From Alloascoidea hylecoeti (taxonomy: Eukaryota), in contig BCKZ01000006.1 in NCBI GenBank assembly GCA_001600815.1, forward strand, positions 621,048 through 685,047: a DNA stretch of 64,000 nt. Direction: 5' to 3'. Both the position numbers and the translations under genes were made by a program. Each line of letters opens with the position of its first letter. Positions within the stretch are counted from its first letter, which is position 1. A model generated the notes under the pieces. It was not told where the DNA came from. It did not search any database and was given only the letters and a program-made list of their open reading frames with translations. Of this stretch, positions 38,530 through 50,237 are shown one piece after another.

Positions 38530-41500
38530 ATGGGTGTAAACTCACTTTGGGATATAATCCATCCAGCAGCACGGCCCATCAAACTAGAATCCCTAACCAA
38601 TAAAAAATTGGCTGTCGATGCATCAATCTGGATTTATCAATTTTTAAAAGCAGTACGAGATAAAGATGGTAATCCCATTAGAAATGCCCATATTATCGGA
38701 TTCTTCAGAAGAATTTGTAAATTATTATATTTTGGTATTAAACCGGTTTTTGTATTTGATGGCGGTGCCCCGGAAATTAAAAGAAAAACTATTAATGAAA
38801 GACGAGAAAGGAAAGCTGGTAAGAAAATGGATGCTGCTAAGACTGCTGAAAGATTGCTACAATTACAACTACAACGGCAGGCTAAGGATTCTATTCGTGA
38901 TGAAAAATCAAAGAATAAGAAAAAAGAAGATTCAGTTACACAATCCCAAAATGATACGAAAGAAAAGAAACAATTTCGAAAATTTGATGAATATCACTTA
39001 CCAGACTTGGAAAATGGAATTATAGCAGCTTCTAACGATAAACGAATGATCTCTGAAGAAGAGTTCAACATTTTAACTGAAAACTTAAAGGAAGAACTTT
39101 CAGGAATTGGTAGTTTAGATGATATTGATCCATCACACCCTTCTTTCAATCAATTACCTTTATCAACACAATATATGGTTTTATCACACTTAAGATTACG
39201 ATCAAGATTACGTATGGGTTATTCCAAAGAAGAATTGGATGAACGTTTCCCTGATCGAATGGAATTTTCAAAATTTCAAATTGAAAGGGTTAGACAACGT
39301 AATTTTTTAACACAAAAGTTATTTAATATTGCTGGGGTTGATGATGGAACAGGTGGGCTTTCCACTCGGAGAATTGCATCTGAAAGGGAACGAGAATATC
39401 TATTAAATAAAAACGAAGATGGTTGGACTTTATCACTGGGTAATGATGAAGGTAATTCCTTGAATACTGCCATTGATCTAGACAGAGAAGATGATGATGA
39501 TGAATGGGAGGAGGAAGAAGAGGATGTTGAATGGGAAGATGTAGAAATTCCTTTTTCAAATTCTAAACCATCAGAACAATCAATCCTTAAACCATTTTTA
39601 GATGATAATTCTCAAATTCGAAGGGATTCCCTTTATACTTCTAAAAATGAAAATTTAAATGATCCTACTTCTTCACATGTGCGAGATTTATTTAGTGATG
39701 ATGATGAAGATTCGGATTTACAGCAAGCAATTCAGAAATCTTTACAAACTTCAAATTACAATAATATAATTAAATCATCATCAAAATCACAAGCAAACGA
39801 TGAACATTGGAAAAATGGACTGAAATGTTCAGAAAGAGATGTTGTAGAACAGGAAGAGGAAACTCGCGACTGCCTTTCTGAAACTCCTTTTTCATTATTA
39901 GATGAATATGGTAATAATATTAATATGTCCGACGATGATAACAAAAAATTAAAGGAGTTGCAATCTGAATCAGCCACAGTTAATAATGATATTAAAGCTG
40001 ATTCGAGTCGAAATTCAACTAATGATTTACCTTCTTTTAATATATCCGGTGACTCAATCTTCTCAAATAAAAGATCAAGAAAAGTGATGAATGATCATGA
40101 TCATGATGAGAAATTAAATGAATTCGCAGACAAAGGAAAGAGAAACGCCCATAATAATAGCAACGATATTAATAATTATAATGATAATAATATGAATGGT
40201 GATGATCACAATCAATCAAATAGCTCACGACAAAAGAAGAGGAAAGTCCCGGAACTCCCAGCTTGGTTTGCAGAACAAAATAACTTCGGATCAACTATTT
40301 CTCGCGGAACCTCAAATAAGAATGACAATTTATTGACTAATAATCCATATGCACTCACAAGTCTTGGAATGATGTCCAGCAGAGAACCCAATGAATATGG
40401 TGATACGGGAATAAGGAATGTTGATAACTTTATCCCAGAAAAGGAAGAAGAAGAAGAAGAAGAAAGAAATAGCTTTCCAGATGATTATGCATCTAAAACT
40501 AAAGCTTCAGATAAGCTCTCCAACTTAGACGGAAAAGTAAATGATAAATCATCGGATAACGCACCGCCTTTAAATCAAACAAAAGAAGTATCAGTGGGTA
40601 TTCATATACTACCCGAATCCGAAGAAGATGATCTAGAAAATCAAATAGAAGAAGAAGAACAATCACATGAAATATTTGCCCAACAATTGAACCATAATAA
40701 TAATGGTATGAGGAAAAATACAAATTTAAACCCAAGCTCAAGATCAAGTTCCAGATCGTCTTCGCCATTATCAGATTTGGATGATCATGATGACATAGAC
40801 AAGGAAATTCAGAAGCTTGAAGAACAACGTAGAAAAGAAAAACGAGACGCAGATGATGTTACTTCTATTATGGTAGAAGAATGTAAAGAATTACTTATGA
40901 GATTTGGTATTCCTTACATTACAGCGCGTATGGAAGCAGAAGCGCAATGCGCGCAATTACTAAATCTTGGTCTCGTTGATGGCATCATCACAGATGATAG
41001 TGATTGCTTTTTATTTGGAGGCAATATGATATATCGTAATCTTTTCAATCAGACCCGTGATGTTGAATGTTACCGTGGTTCAGATTTAGAGAGGGAATTA
41101 GGATTAAGTCGACATAAATTAATAGCATTGGCGCATTTACTTGGAAGTGATTATGCATTAGGAATTAAGGGGATTGGGCCTGTAACGGCCATGGAACTTT
41201 TGGCTGAGTTTAAGGCAGATGGGCTTGTTGAATTTCGGAATTGGTGGCTAAGCATCCAAAATAGTATAGTGAGCCCGTTTCAAGAAGATTTGGGTCCTCA
41301 TTCAAAAAGCACATTTTGTAATAAGTTCAAAAAGAAATTCATAGGGAAGTTGTTTCTTGATATGGAATTCCCTAATGATAAAATAGATGAAGCATATCTT
41401 AAACCAGAGGTTGATGATGATAAAACGCGTTTTGTTTGGGGGAAGCCTGATCTTGACCGTTTACGTGCATTTCTAATGAGGATAGTTGGTTGGAGTAAGC

Positions 41501-41835
41501 AGCATACAGATGAAATATTATTACCTGTCATTAGAGATATGAACAAAAGGGAACAATTAGGAACACAATCTACATTAGGAGACTTTTTCAAGATTAACAC
41601 ACCTATTAAAAGAGACTTGTCCACAAGTGCTAGAATGAAGAATGCAATGAACAGACTTACAAATGCAACAACAACAGTAGCTAGTGATAATACAAATGTA
41701 AAAAATGTTATTAACACTGATAACAGCGATAATCAAAGTAAGTACTCACAGGTTAAAAATAAACGAAAAACAAATTATAATTCAAACGATCGAGGTCAGA
41801 AAGTACAAAAAACAAAAAACAGGAAACAGAACTAA
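38530..41835 (+). CDS. RAD2: XPG/Rad2 nucleotide-excision-repair endonuclease (1101 aa)
   Basis: XPG-N (MGVNSLWDI, LAVDASIWIYQF, PVFVFDG), XPG-I (MEAEAQCA, ITDDSDCFLFG, LLGSDY, GIGPV), C-terminal PIP box QSTLGDFF. Confidence 0.96.
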   Translation: MGVNSLWDIIHPAARPIKLESLTNKKLAVDASIWIYQFLKAVRDKDGNPIRNAHIIGFFRRICKLLYFGIKPVFVFDGGAPEIKRKTINERRERKAGKKMDAAKTAERLLQLQLQRQAKDSIRDEKSKNKKKEDSVTQSQNDTKEKKQFRKFDEYHLPDLENGIIAASNDKRMISEEEFNILTENLKEELSGIGSLDDIDPSHPSFNQLPLSTQYMVLSHLRLRSRLRMGYSKEELDERFPDRMEFSKFQIERVRQRNFLTQKLFNIAGVDDGTGGLSTRRIASEREREYLLNKNEDGWTLSLGNDEGNSLNTAIDLDREDDDDEWEEEEEDVEWEDVEIPFSNSKPSEQSILKPFLDDNSQIRRDSLYTSKNENLNDPTSSHVRDLFSDDDEDSDLQQAIQKSLQTSNYNNIIKSSSKSQANDEHWKNGLKCSERDVVEQEEETRDCLSETPFSLLDEYGNNINMSDDDNKKLKELQSESATVNNDIKADSSRNSTNDLPSFNISGDSIFSNKRSRKVMNDHDHDEKLNEFADKGKRNAHNNSNDINNYNDNNMNGDDHNQSNSSRQKKRKVPELPAWFAEQNNFGSTISRGTSNKNDNLLTNNPYALTSLGMMSSREPNEYGDTGIRNVDNFIPEKEEEEEEERNSFPDDYASKTKASDKLSNLDGKVNDKSSDNAPPLNQTKEVSVGIHILPESEEDDLENQIEEEEQSHEIFAQQLNHNNNGMRKNTNLNPSSRSSSRSSSPLSDLDDHDDIDKEIQKLEEQRRKEKRDADDVTSIMVEECKELLMRFGIPYITARMEAEAQCAQLLNLGLVDGIITDDSDCFLFGGNMIYRNLFNQTRDVECYRGSDLERELGLSRHKLIALAHLLGSDYALGIKGIGPVTAMELLAEFKADGLVEFRNWWLSIQNSIVSPFQEDLGPHSKSTFCNKFKKKFIGKLFLDMEFPNDKIDEAYLKPEVDDDKTRFVWGKPDLDRLRAFLMRIVGWSKQHTDEILLPVIRDMNKREQLGTQSTLGDFFKINTPIKRDLSTSARMKNAMNRLTNATTTVASDNTNVKNVINTDNSDNQSKYSQVKNKRKTNYNSNDRGQKVQKTKNRKQN

Positions 41836-42510
41836 AAATAAAAATAAAGATAAAAAAATAAATAATTACAAGAATAGGAAAATGAATGTAAAATATAAAT
41901 ATGCTGTACAAGACATTACTTCTTCTTTTTTAAGACTATTTATAAGAAAACACCAAAACCAAAGCAAATAGGAAGTCAGAATCTTGTTGGATTAAAGTAA
42001 ACAAAAATAAATGGAAATTTCATTTCCAATTTTAATTTCAAGTTCAATTTCAATTTCATTTCCATCAGGCAGAATATACATTAAAAACGAATATATATAA
42101 AATAAAAAAAACGCAATGCAACACATTAGAGGGGAAAAAAGAAACCAAAAAAGAGAAAAAAAGCGTGCCAAAAAAGAGGAAAAAAGCGTGCCAAAAAATT
42201 AAATAAAACAGGAAATACGAAACTTAGAATCAAAAGTAAAAAGATATGAACTTCTTTCAGATATGTTGAATATAAATATTATCACAATGTTTTAATACAT
42301 ATATGCCTAAAAATGAATATTTGTTGAAGAGAACCCTAGTGTGCCGCAATGCTCTACTTTCAAGGTTAGATAGAGTACGGCTCTAAAATATTTCCTTTAA
42401 TTTTTTTTAATTTTTTTTAATTTTTTTGTATAAAAATATTGTGATTTTGTGGTTCCTAGATCCAAAGAGTGGGTAATGAATGACTAGGTAATAATCAAAA
42501 ATAAATTGAT

Positions 42511-42994
42511 TCAGTAACCAGAGCGCCATATATCCTTTCTGTAATTGGCGGTCAGATGTTTATCATCTCCATATTTTGCTTGCCATTCATTAAATCCACC
42601 TTTTAAAACGTAGACATGAGGAAGGGGACCTTTAATCTTCCCGGCCTTATGTTGTTCACGTATTATTTGCTGGTATTTCTTAGCAGAAGATGGGCCTCTT
42701 TGTTGGGATAGGGCACAATGGAAAATGACAACCGGGATATCTTTCGTTTTTTCTATGAGGTCGGAAAGTTTATTGACGAATTGATCGTAAGGATAATGCA
42801 AAGAGTTTTTGATATTTCCCTAGTGTAAAATGTTAGTTGAATGTAATTATAGTCTGGGAAGACGTAAATATTTATAGACATACCCCAATATAGTCGAAAT
42901 CTCGGACATCTACGACCACAAAGCGGCCTTCGTTGGATTTCCCATCGAGGATCCAATCTTTTAGAGTTGAGTTATTGATGCTTTTCACAGACAT
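42511..42994 (-). CDS. YCH1: Cdc25-like rhodanese-fold phosphatase/arsenate reductase (Ych1/Acr2 family); exons 42994-42884 and 42819-42511 (139 aa)
   Basis: VVDVRDFDYIG|GNIKNS, active site IFHCALSQQRGP, VLKGGFNEWQ. 64-nt intron 42883-42820 GTATGT...AACTAAC...TAG. Confidence 0.88.
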
Positions 42995-45900
42995 TATTGT
43001 TGTCGTAAGTAGTATGTATTTATAAAGGAAGAGGAGAAATAGTAAATATAGATTTGAATGAATGAATGTAGAGAGCACCGGGGGAAGAAGGTCAATTTAA
43101 AGTGTTTTGGTTAAAAAATATATTTAATCGGGATATACAGAAAAGTAGGCAATTAGGATAATTATATTTAATAGATTAAGCTTAAGTCAAAGTCATAAAT
43201 ATATAATATTTAGCTAAATAATAATAATAATAAGTACAGTTGTGTGATGCATGTCTTCAAAATAATATGTGCATGTACCATTGTGATGTAATCGCGGAAT
43301 GGCCTTCATATATGCCTCAATCTCAGAGCATCGGTTCACCCTCAATTCCAACATCTTATACATGAAACACTGAACTTTAGATTCCACGGGGTTTCCATGG
43401 GGGAATTATTCGGAGAACTATATAACCAAATATCTGTGTCCGTTTGCTTTTTAAAAATAACAGGGGCATGTAGCCGCTCTTTTCTCTCCACTTCTGACCA
43501 TGATTAATTAAGATACTGATTGGTTTGCTGATTTTGATTGGATCAAAATATAAATTCATGACATAGTATAGTTGGTGTTGGTTAGTTATAGCTAATATAA
43601 ATATGGCCAGATGTGTTAAACATGAGTCACCATAATGGAAGGTATATTTGTATTATACGGCCGTACACGTAGGCCGTTTAACAAATAGTATCTTGAAATC
43701 CATGCGTCTAAAGTTATAGCTGTAAGGCTCCGAGTGCCTTAAAGCTATACCAAGTGGTATATTAATAGCTTCTTCTTATACCAATTCAACTATATTTACA
43801 TACTTTTTGAATTCATTTCGATGTTGAATTCGTAAACGATATATGCAAAATGCAGGTCCGCCATCTATGTTTATAATTAATTAATATTTATATGCTGTCG
43901 CAATTTTCTAATAAAAGAAACGACCATGAAAACTTTTTATAATTATTCAAAAGTTGTTATATAACTGTAGATTTTTTCAAATGCAAGTCGTAACTTGCCT
44001 TATTCTAAAGGTAGCGTGAGTATGAGCATCTATGGATCTAGATCCACGTGTATTCTCATAGAAAAGAGAGTATCTCCAAATGAAATTAGGAAGGCTCTAG
44101 TGGCACTGTAATTGCAGTTGAAACTCCCCTCTCACATGTTCACGATCGCAAATACGTAAATAACTAGAAAACGATCCTTTGAAACCCTTTGAGACAGCTT
44201 TTACCATATATATTTTCCCATGGTATATCAGATATAAGCTTTACATTAATATTGATCATTAATTGAGTTGACAAAATAGATATACGTTCATGTTCACATT
44301 CACATTCACTGTTCATAATTACACAAACGTCATTAAAATTGACTTTACTATGTATATAATATTCGATTATTTGGCTATTTTTGGTATGCGTGAACCCTTT
44401 TCCATTCTCATATACAAACAAATAGTAACTATAATTACATAAGGATATATAACTATTTATGTGATAGAACTATTTATGTGGTATAAAAATACAAAATATT
44501 TATGTGATATAGATATGCATAGAAAAAAAATTCTCAATAATTGGTTACGCGGTGAATGAATGATCGGATGTAATGCATATGCACAGTCTGCTTCTATAAA
44601 TTACCCAATGTATCGTGATTGTACATATATCCCGTACGCGTATTAAATATTTATTAATTAAGAAATTGGATAATATTAATTATATAAGTAAGGTACAATT
44701 ATAGCTATATGCATCCTTCATAAATTTAAACAATGTCAATATTAACTAGCTATAATCACTTTTAGTCACGCCCCAAGTACTTGTTTCGTCTTCTTCTCTT
44801 CTCGTCTTGTTCCTCTGCACAAATCCCATAATAATAATATACCATACAAGTACAAAATGTGAATAGGTATGAAACATTGTACGGCCTCAAGGTCAATAGA
44901 ATTCCTGCTAATGTTATATACTTCTAGAATCTTGAAGGTGTATTAAGTTATAATTACAGCAGCTGAATTAGTGCTGGATATGGCGATCGCTAATGTTACT
45001 GATAAACAGTGATAATTAATACTGTAATACACTGTTCCTAACTTAACATTGCATTAATTTATTATAAATGTTAAACCTGAGCACTGCCATATAAAATAGA
45101 AAGCATTCATTAAACTTATGCCCTTTATAATCATTGTTCTATATGTTTAATAAGATTATAATTATCCACTCTAAATATTAGGCTTAACTTTTGATGCATA
45201 AATAGAAAAATAACCCATATATAACCCTAATTAAGTTTTCCAATAAATTTGAATACGTACTGCAGGTTTATATCCAGTAGTTTATCTTAATTAAAGGAAT
45301 AGTGGTACTATAGAATGATGTATTTTCCATTGAAAGGCACCGGTATGAATATATATATGTGATATCATACAATAGGTTGGTCGTATTTCCCGACAGAAAA
45401 CTTTACCATATAACTTATATCCTACCAATTGTAATTTTTGAATATAAAAGTGTCAATTGGTAATGTGTACCAACGGCTGCAGAATCGAAGTACAACAATT
45501 GATGTTCTACAGAAAAAAAGCTGGATTAATAAGGGAAAATAATTGTGTCAACCAACTGCGTGTATTGCCAAAATATATATTTATCTGTAATAAAATTAAG
45601 CATCCATTCCTCTTCAAGAAACTCTAACTTGTCATAACTCACTCTATCTTCCAAAATTACTATATTCTATGTGATTTAAAGCTGAATATATCAACACCAG
45701 GCTATAATTTTATATATTGGAAATGTTTCATTAACAGTTTCTTTGTTGAACCCATATATCACTTAAAGAAGCCTGTGGTTTAATTTATTTATTATAATTA
45801 TAACTAAATAAAAGTTACTTGATAAATTTGAACAAATATTTAAACCAATATATATTTATAAGGGTAAATATTTAAGCTGTATATAATTTTTCAGTATTTA

Positions 45901-48900
45901 ATGCAAGCTTAAGACAAAAATATTAATGTTGTTCCGATAAAAATTCAAAGCTTTTATATAATTATATGCAACGATAATTAAGGTTTAATTATAGAAAGAA
46001 AGAATTAAACTGCAGATTTGAAGCAATTTTAATTAAACGTATCATGAAAAGTACATCATTAAGCTCAATTGCAAGTATTTTGTCACCCATTAATTAAACA
46101 AATATATTTTTGCTACTGTTCTGATTTAAAAAAACTCCAAAGTGTCACAGATAGAGAGAATCATAAATATTTGTATAAAGAAATACCAATTTAAGCGCTG
46201 GTGTAAATTATAATTATAATGCAAACGAAATATATAATGCTTTTGAAAAAGAAATTCAATTATATAAGTCACGGCTGTGATCCCTAAGATCTTAATTATA
46301 AGCTTATAATATAGTAATAATTGTATATTATATGCTTTATATGTTAAATTTAGAGACATATTTCGAATAGATGTGCTAATGATCATTTAACCTTATAATT
46401 ATAATTACAAAGATGAGCTATATTACCTTCAAAGGCTTCAATTGTTTCGCAATATAAAAAACTGCCACTCACTTTTTCAATATCCTTCTTTTCGTATAAA
46501 TGGCGTCAAAATCAGATCATGGTTCTTTAATTTTCTGGTCAGTTTGATATAGGGTAAGTTATCGCAAGTTCAGAAAATCATCTCGAAATTTCAAGTTCCG
46601 TAAAACTTAACTTTTCAGAATATCCAACGCCATACCGTTCACCCGTGTCTCACTTGTGATGACTATCTTTCATAAGTGAAATAATTAAATTTGTTAAAAT
46701 TTTCAAAAATGTTTTAGTTTTTGTGTTTTATAGTGCTGGCGGTAGTAGGTAATGTTAACCCTTTAGCTATATCTACGGAATTCTTAATATATCCCAATAT
46801 AATTATATCAATTCATCATGAAACTTGATTTATATTTTAGCGGTATATAGCTAAAATATATAGTAGGATATAGTTGGATGTATGTCGATGGCAGTAATCC
46901 TATAGAATAATTAATGATTTTCGGGGACAGGTTTGAGAATTTGAAGGCATTGAAGATTAATTCGAATTATCATATTATTTTTATATAACTATTATAACTA
47001 GTTATCTCTTCCTAGTTGATAGAATATTCAACACCGATTATACCTTAATTAGATTGAAACTGTTATTTTTCACATACCATATATATTCTTTAAATGAGCG
47101 GCCGCAGCCTTATATGGTTATATATCCGGATCCGTTATCATGTGCATATTTCCTTCCGATTGTTACTTGAACCATTTATATCACCAGACATTTTAATTAT
47201 AAACTTGTAAAAGAAATCTAGAAAACTCTTTATTTTTATGTAATTAGTAATTGTAGTAGCAATTGCTTCTTTTCAGAATCCGGACCTTGGTCTTCAATTC
47301 TTCGTTTTCATTAAAAGCACATCCTCAAATTATGCAGCTATTCATTACAACGTTATATTATAAATAATTAAATTTCAATTTCAATGTATTAGAGTCGAAC
47401 ACAATGCTTATAACTATTATTATTATCACGATGGTGCATGAAAAAACGTTACAAAAGAAAATTTAAAAGCTTGAAAGAGTAAATGATATGATAATAGTAG
47501 TGTTTGAAGTTGTAACAAAATCGATCCTGATTTAAATCCATCCATATCTATATACGATCAACCCTGAATCAAACACTTGGTATATTATGATTTGAAAGAA
47601 GGCGATATGTATTATTTTACTAACTATGGTTATAGAAGATTTCAAGCTCAAGTTATAATTATATATGACGCATATATGATACATCAATATTGCAAATTCG
47701 GAATAATTGGAATATTAATTATAATGTTTGTGTTCATGATCATGTATACATGTATTTATTCCAATTTAATTAATAAATCTATATTGATCAAAAATGTTAG
47801 ATATTATCTTCAAATTCAAATTAACTGTTGCAATAAATATATGCAGGTATAGTTTCTTTACATTCTTTTGTAAGTTAATTAAGTGATAACTAATTATAAC
47901 TGAATATGATAGACTAATCATGATTATAAAATCACTCGTATCAATGGTAATGCTAGTTATAAATGACAACTACAGCTGCAAACTGTTATACTGACATCGC
48001 CAAAAATTGTAGTCTACATTTTTATATAACAAATATTGGACTCCCAATCGTGGCATACCCCTTTAATGATAGTCCATTTATGTGACCTTAAATTTACGGT
48101 ATCAAATTTAAATTCATAGATTTATTTGATTATTAATTAATTATGGTGATTGTAATATATTGATTAAATCCCCTGAAACTCAAAATGATGTCCAAGTCAA
48201 CAACTTGATCACATCATATATTTAACTAATCTTGATCCTTTAATTGCAAATATCAGCTAAATTCAATACGAAATTTTTATTAAAAGCTAACAAGGCAATT
48301 TTTTGTTAACGTTATACTTTACATAGAAGTTTGAAACAGTAATCTTTTGAAAATATCCAAAGTCTTCAAAATGCTATGATTCAAACATTTATTATTTACT
48401 TTTTCAAACAACTAATCATATGTTATTCACAATTAATTGGTGAAACATAAGCTCTATATATAATTAAATTTAATTTATTAAGTGTTCAAAGGAACATATT
48501 GTCGATACTGGGATTATGTGGATATACTTTCTGTAGTTTGAAGTTGAGATACAGACTACAATTAAGGTTTAGATTCCTCCATGAAACCATAATTCTAACA
48601 ATACAAGTTAATACTGGCACATGAAATTAAGGCTGGGCCTCTTACGGAACATAATTATAAGATGCTTTCTATATTATTGGTCTTCTAAGTCTATACACAT
48701 AGAATTACATGATCCAACCTGAGTGTTATCAACGTTAACTAATTAATATTAATTACATTTCAGTAGGTAAGCTTTTATTACTCATTTTTTGTTTAATTTT
48801 GTTTTCACAGGTGAACATGCACAGATGAGTATAATATTAATATAATGGCTGATAATCTAACAAAAAGAAAAGCATTCAACAGAAAAACAAACAACTACAT

Positions 48901-50083
48901 ATAATAGATGAATTTGATTTGAAATTCTTTGAAATCTTGATCATAGTGCGATAATTGCGATCGGATATCTTCACTAGCCCATCACAGATACAGCTGCAGG
49001 ATAATTTTTTTTAATATCCAATCATACATATCAAGATTTCTACGAATTCTTTCTAACTTTTTTGAAATTTCATTCATAATGATCAAATCTTTCTTTCTTA
49101 TTGATTGAAATGCTCTGTCCTACTACTTGGTCGCGACTTGGTAACAATTTATATCCACATAAAGCTAGAGCTAAGTTAGTATCCAACGCGTGCATAGTAC
49201 GATGAGTGGTCATGACCATAAACATGAAATAGACTTTTCCGTTTTCATGTTAATAATAACATTGTTCCAGCTTACATATAGAAGACATTATTCCATCTTT
49301 AATAACAATTTAACACGGTAGCCATTGTAATGTGATAGTTTAAAAGGAATTTAGCGCTACAGTATTGCCGCGATCACGATCAATATCGACATCGATAAGA
49401 ATATTGAAATTATTATAATTAATACATTATTTTTGCATGTAGCTATAGCTTATATGATTTCACCTGAACCTTTTAATCTGGATCTGAAATCAAAAATATA
49501 GCTATAACTTTATATAGCCACATATCCATTTATGCCATTATACCATCATGGAGAGATAAGTTTATAGTTTGAATATCTTACACTTATAATTGTAATTAGT
49601 TTAGAAAGCATTAAACAATCTTGTAGTTGGGTAAAGATTCTCATGTAATAACAATAAACATCGATATTATGATCCATACATCAACTATAACAAAATTAGC
49701 GATGATCTTTGTAATATTTATAGCTATAATATCAATGATTTTTGTAAATTTAAACCTACACGTATAGGTAAATTTGAAGCATATTTGGTGTCTAGAAAGA
49801 CAGAGGCAGGCAAATCAAATGCATATGAATATTTGAAAATTTTCTGGTCAAAGACTATATGCCCCTAAAAGATATAATTATGTGAATAAATAGACAAACA
49901 AATATTTCAATATGGTCAAAATCAAATAGGTATAAGCATGTTATGTGAAGCAAGCACGGATAGAGAAAGATATAGTATATTAGTTATAGTTATTTATGCT
50001 ACTATAAGGAGTCCTCCTTCTCTTTATAGATGAGGATTCAGGATCTTTAGTTTCAACAGCGCATTCTTCCTTATCAATACGGT

Positions 50084-50237
50084 CATTGTCATCGTAACCT
50101 TATCCTTTGTTTTAGGGTTACTTCATTTTTACATCACTGTAGTTTAGATATTCAACAGTCCATTGTCTTCATAACCTGATCCTTTGTCGTAAGATTACGT
50201 TGCCTTTGGTCACTGTCTAGACTCTAGATATTCAACA
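50084..50237. repeat. Degenerate two-copy tandem repeat, period about 77 bp
   Basis: cattgtcatcgtaaccttatcctttgt (50084) vs cattgtcttcataacctgatcctttgt (50161), 24/27; both units end tcactgt...agatattcaaca. Confidence 0.75.

Noticed and set aside
42155..42198. Duplicated aaaaaagcgtgccaaaaaa
   Set aside because: Two-copy slippage in A-rich 3' region; not an array
46420..46660. Minus-strand frame with many TGA and no TAA/TAG
   Set aside because: Short; the TGAs are explained by T-GAA junctions of a neighbouring frame; no motif
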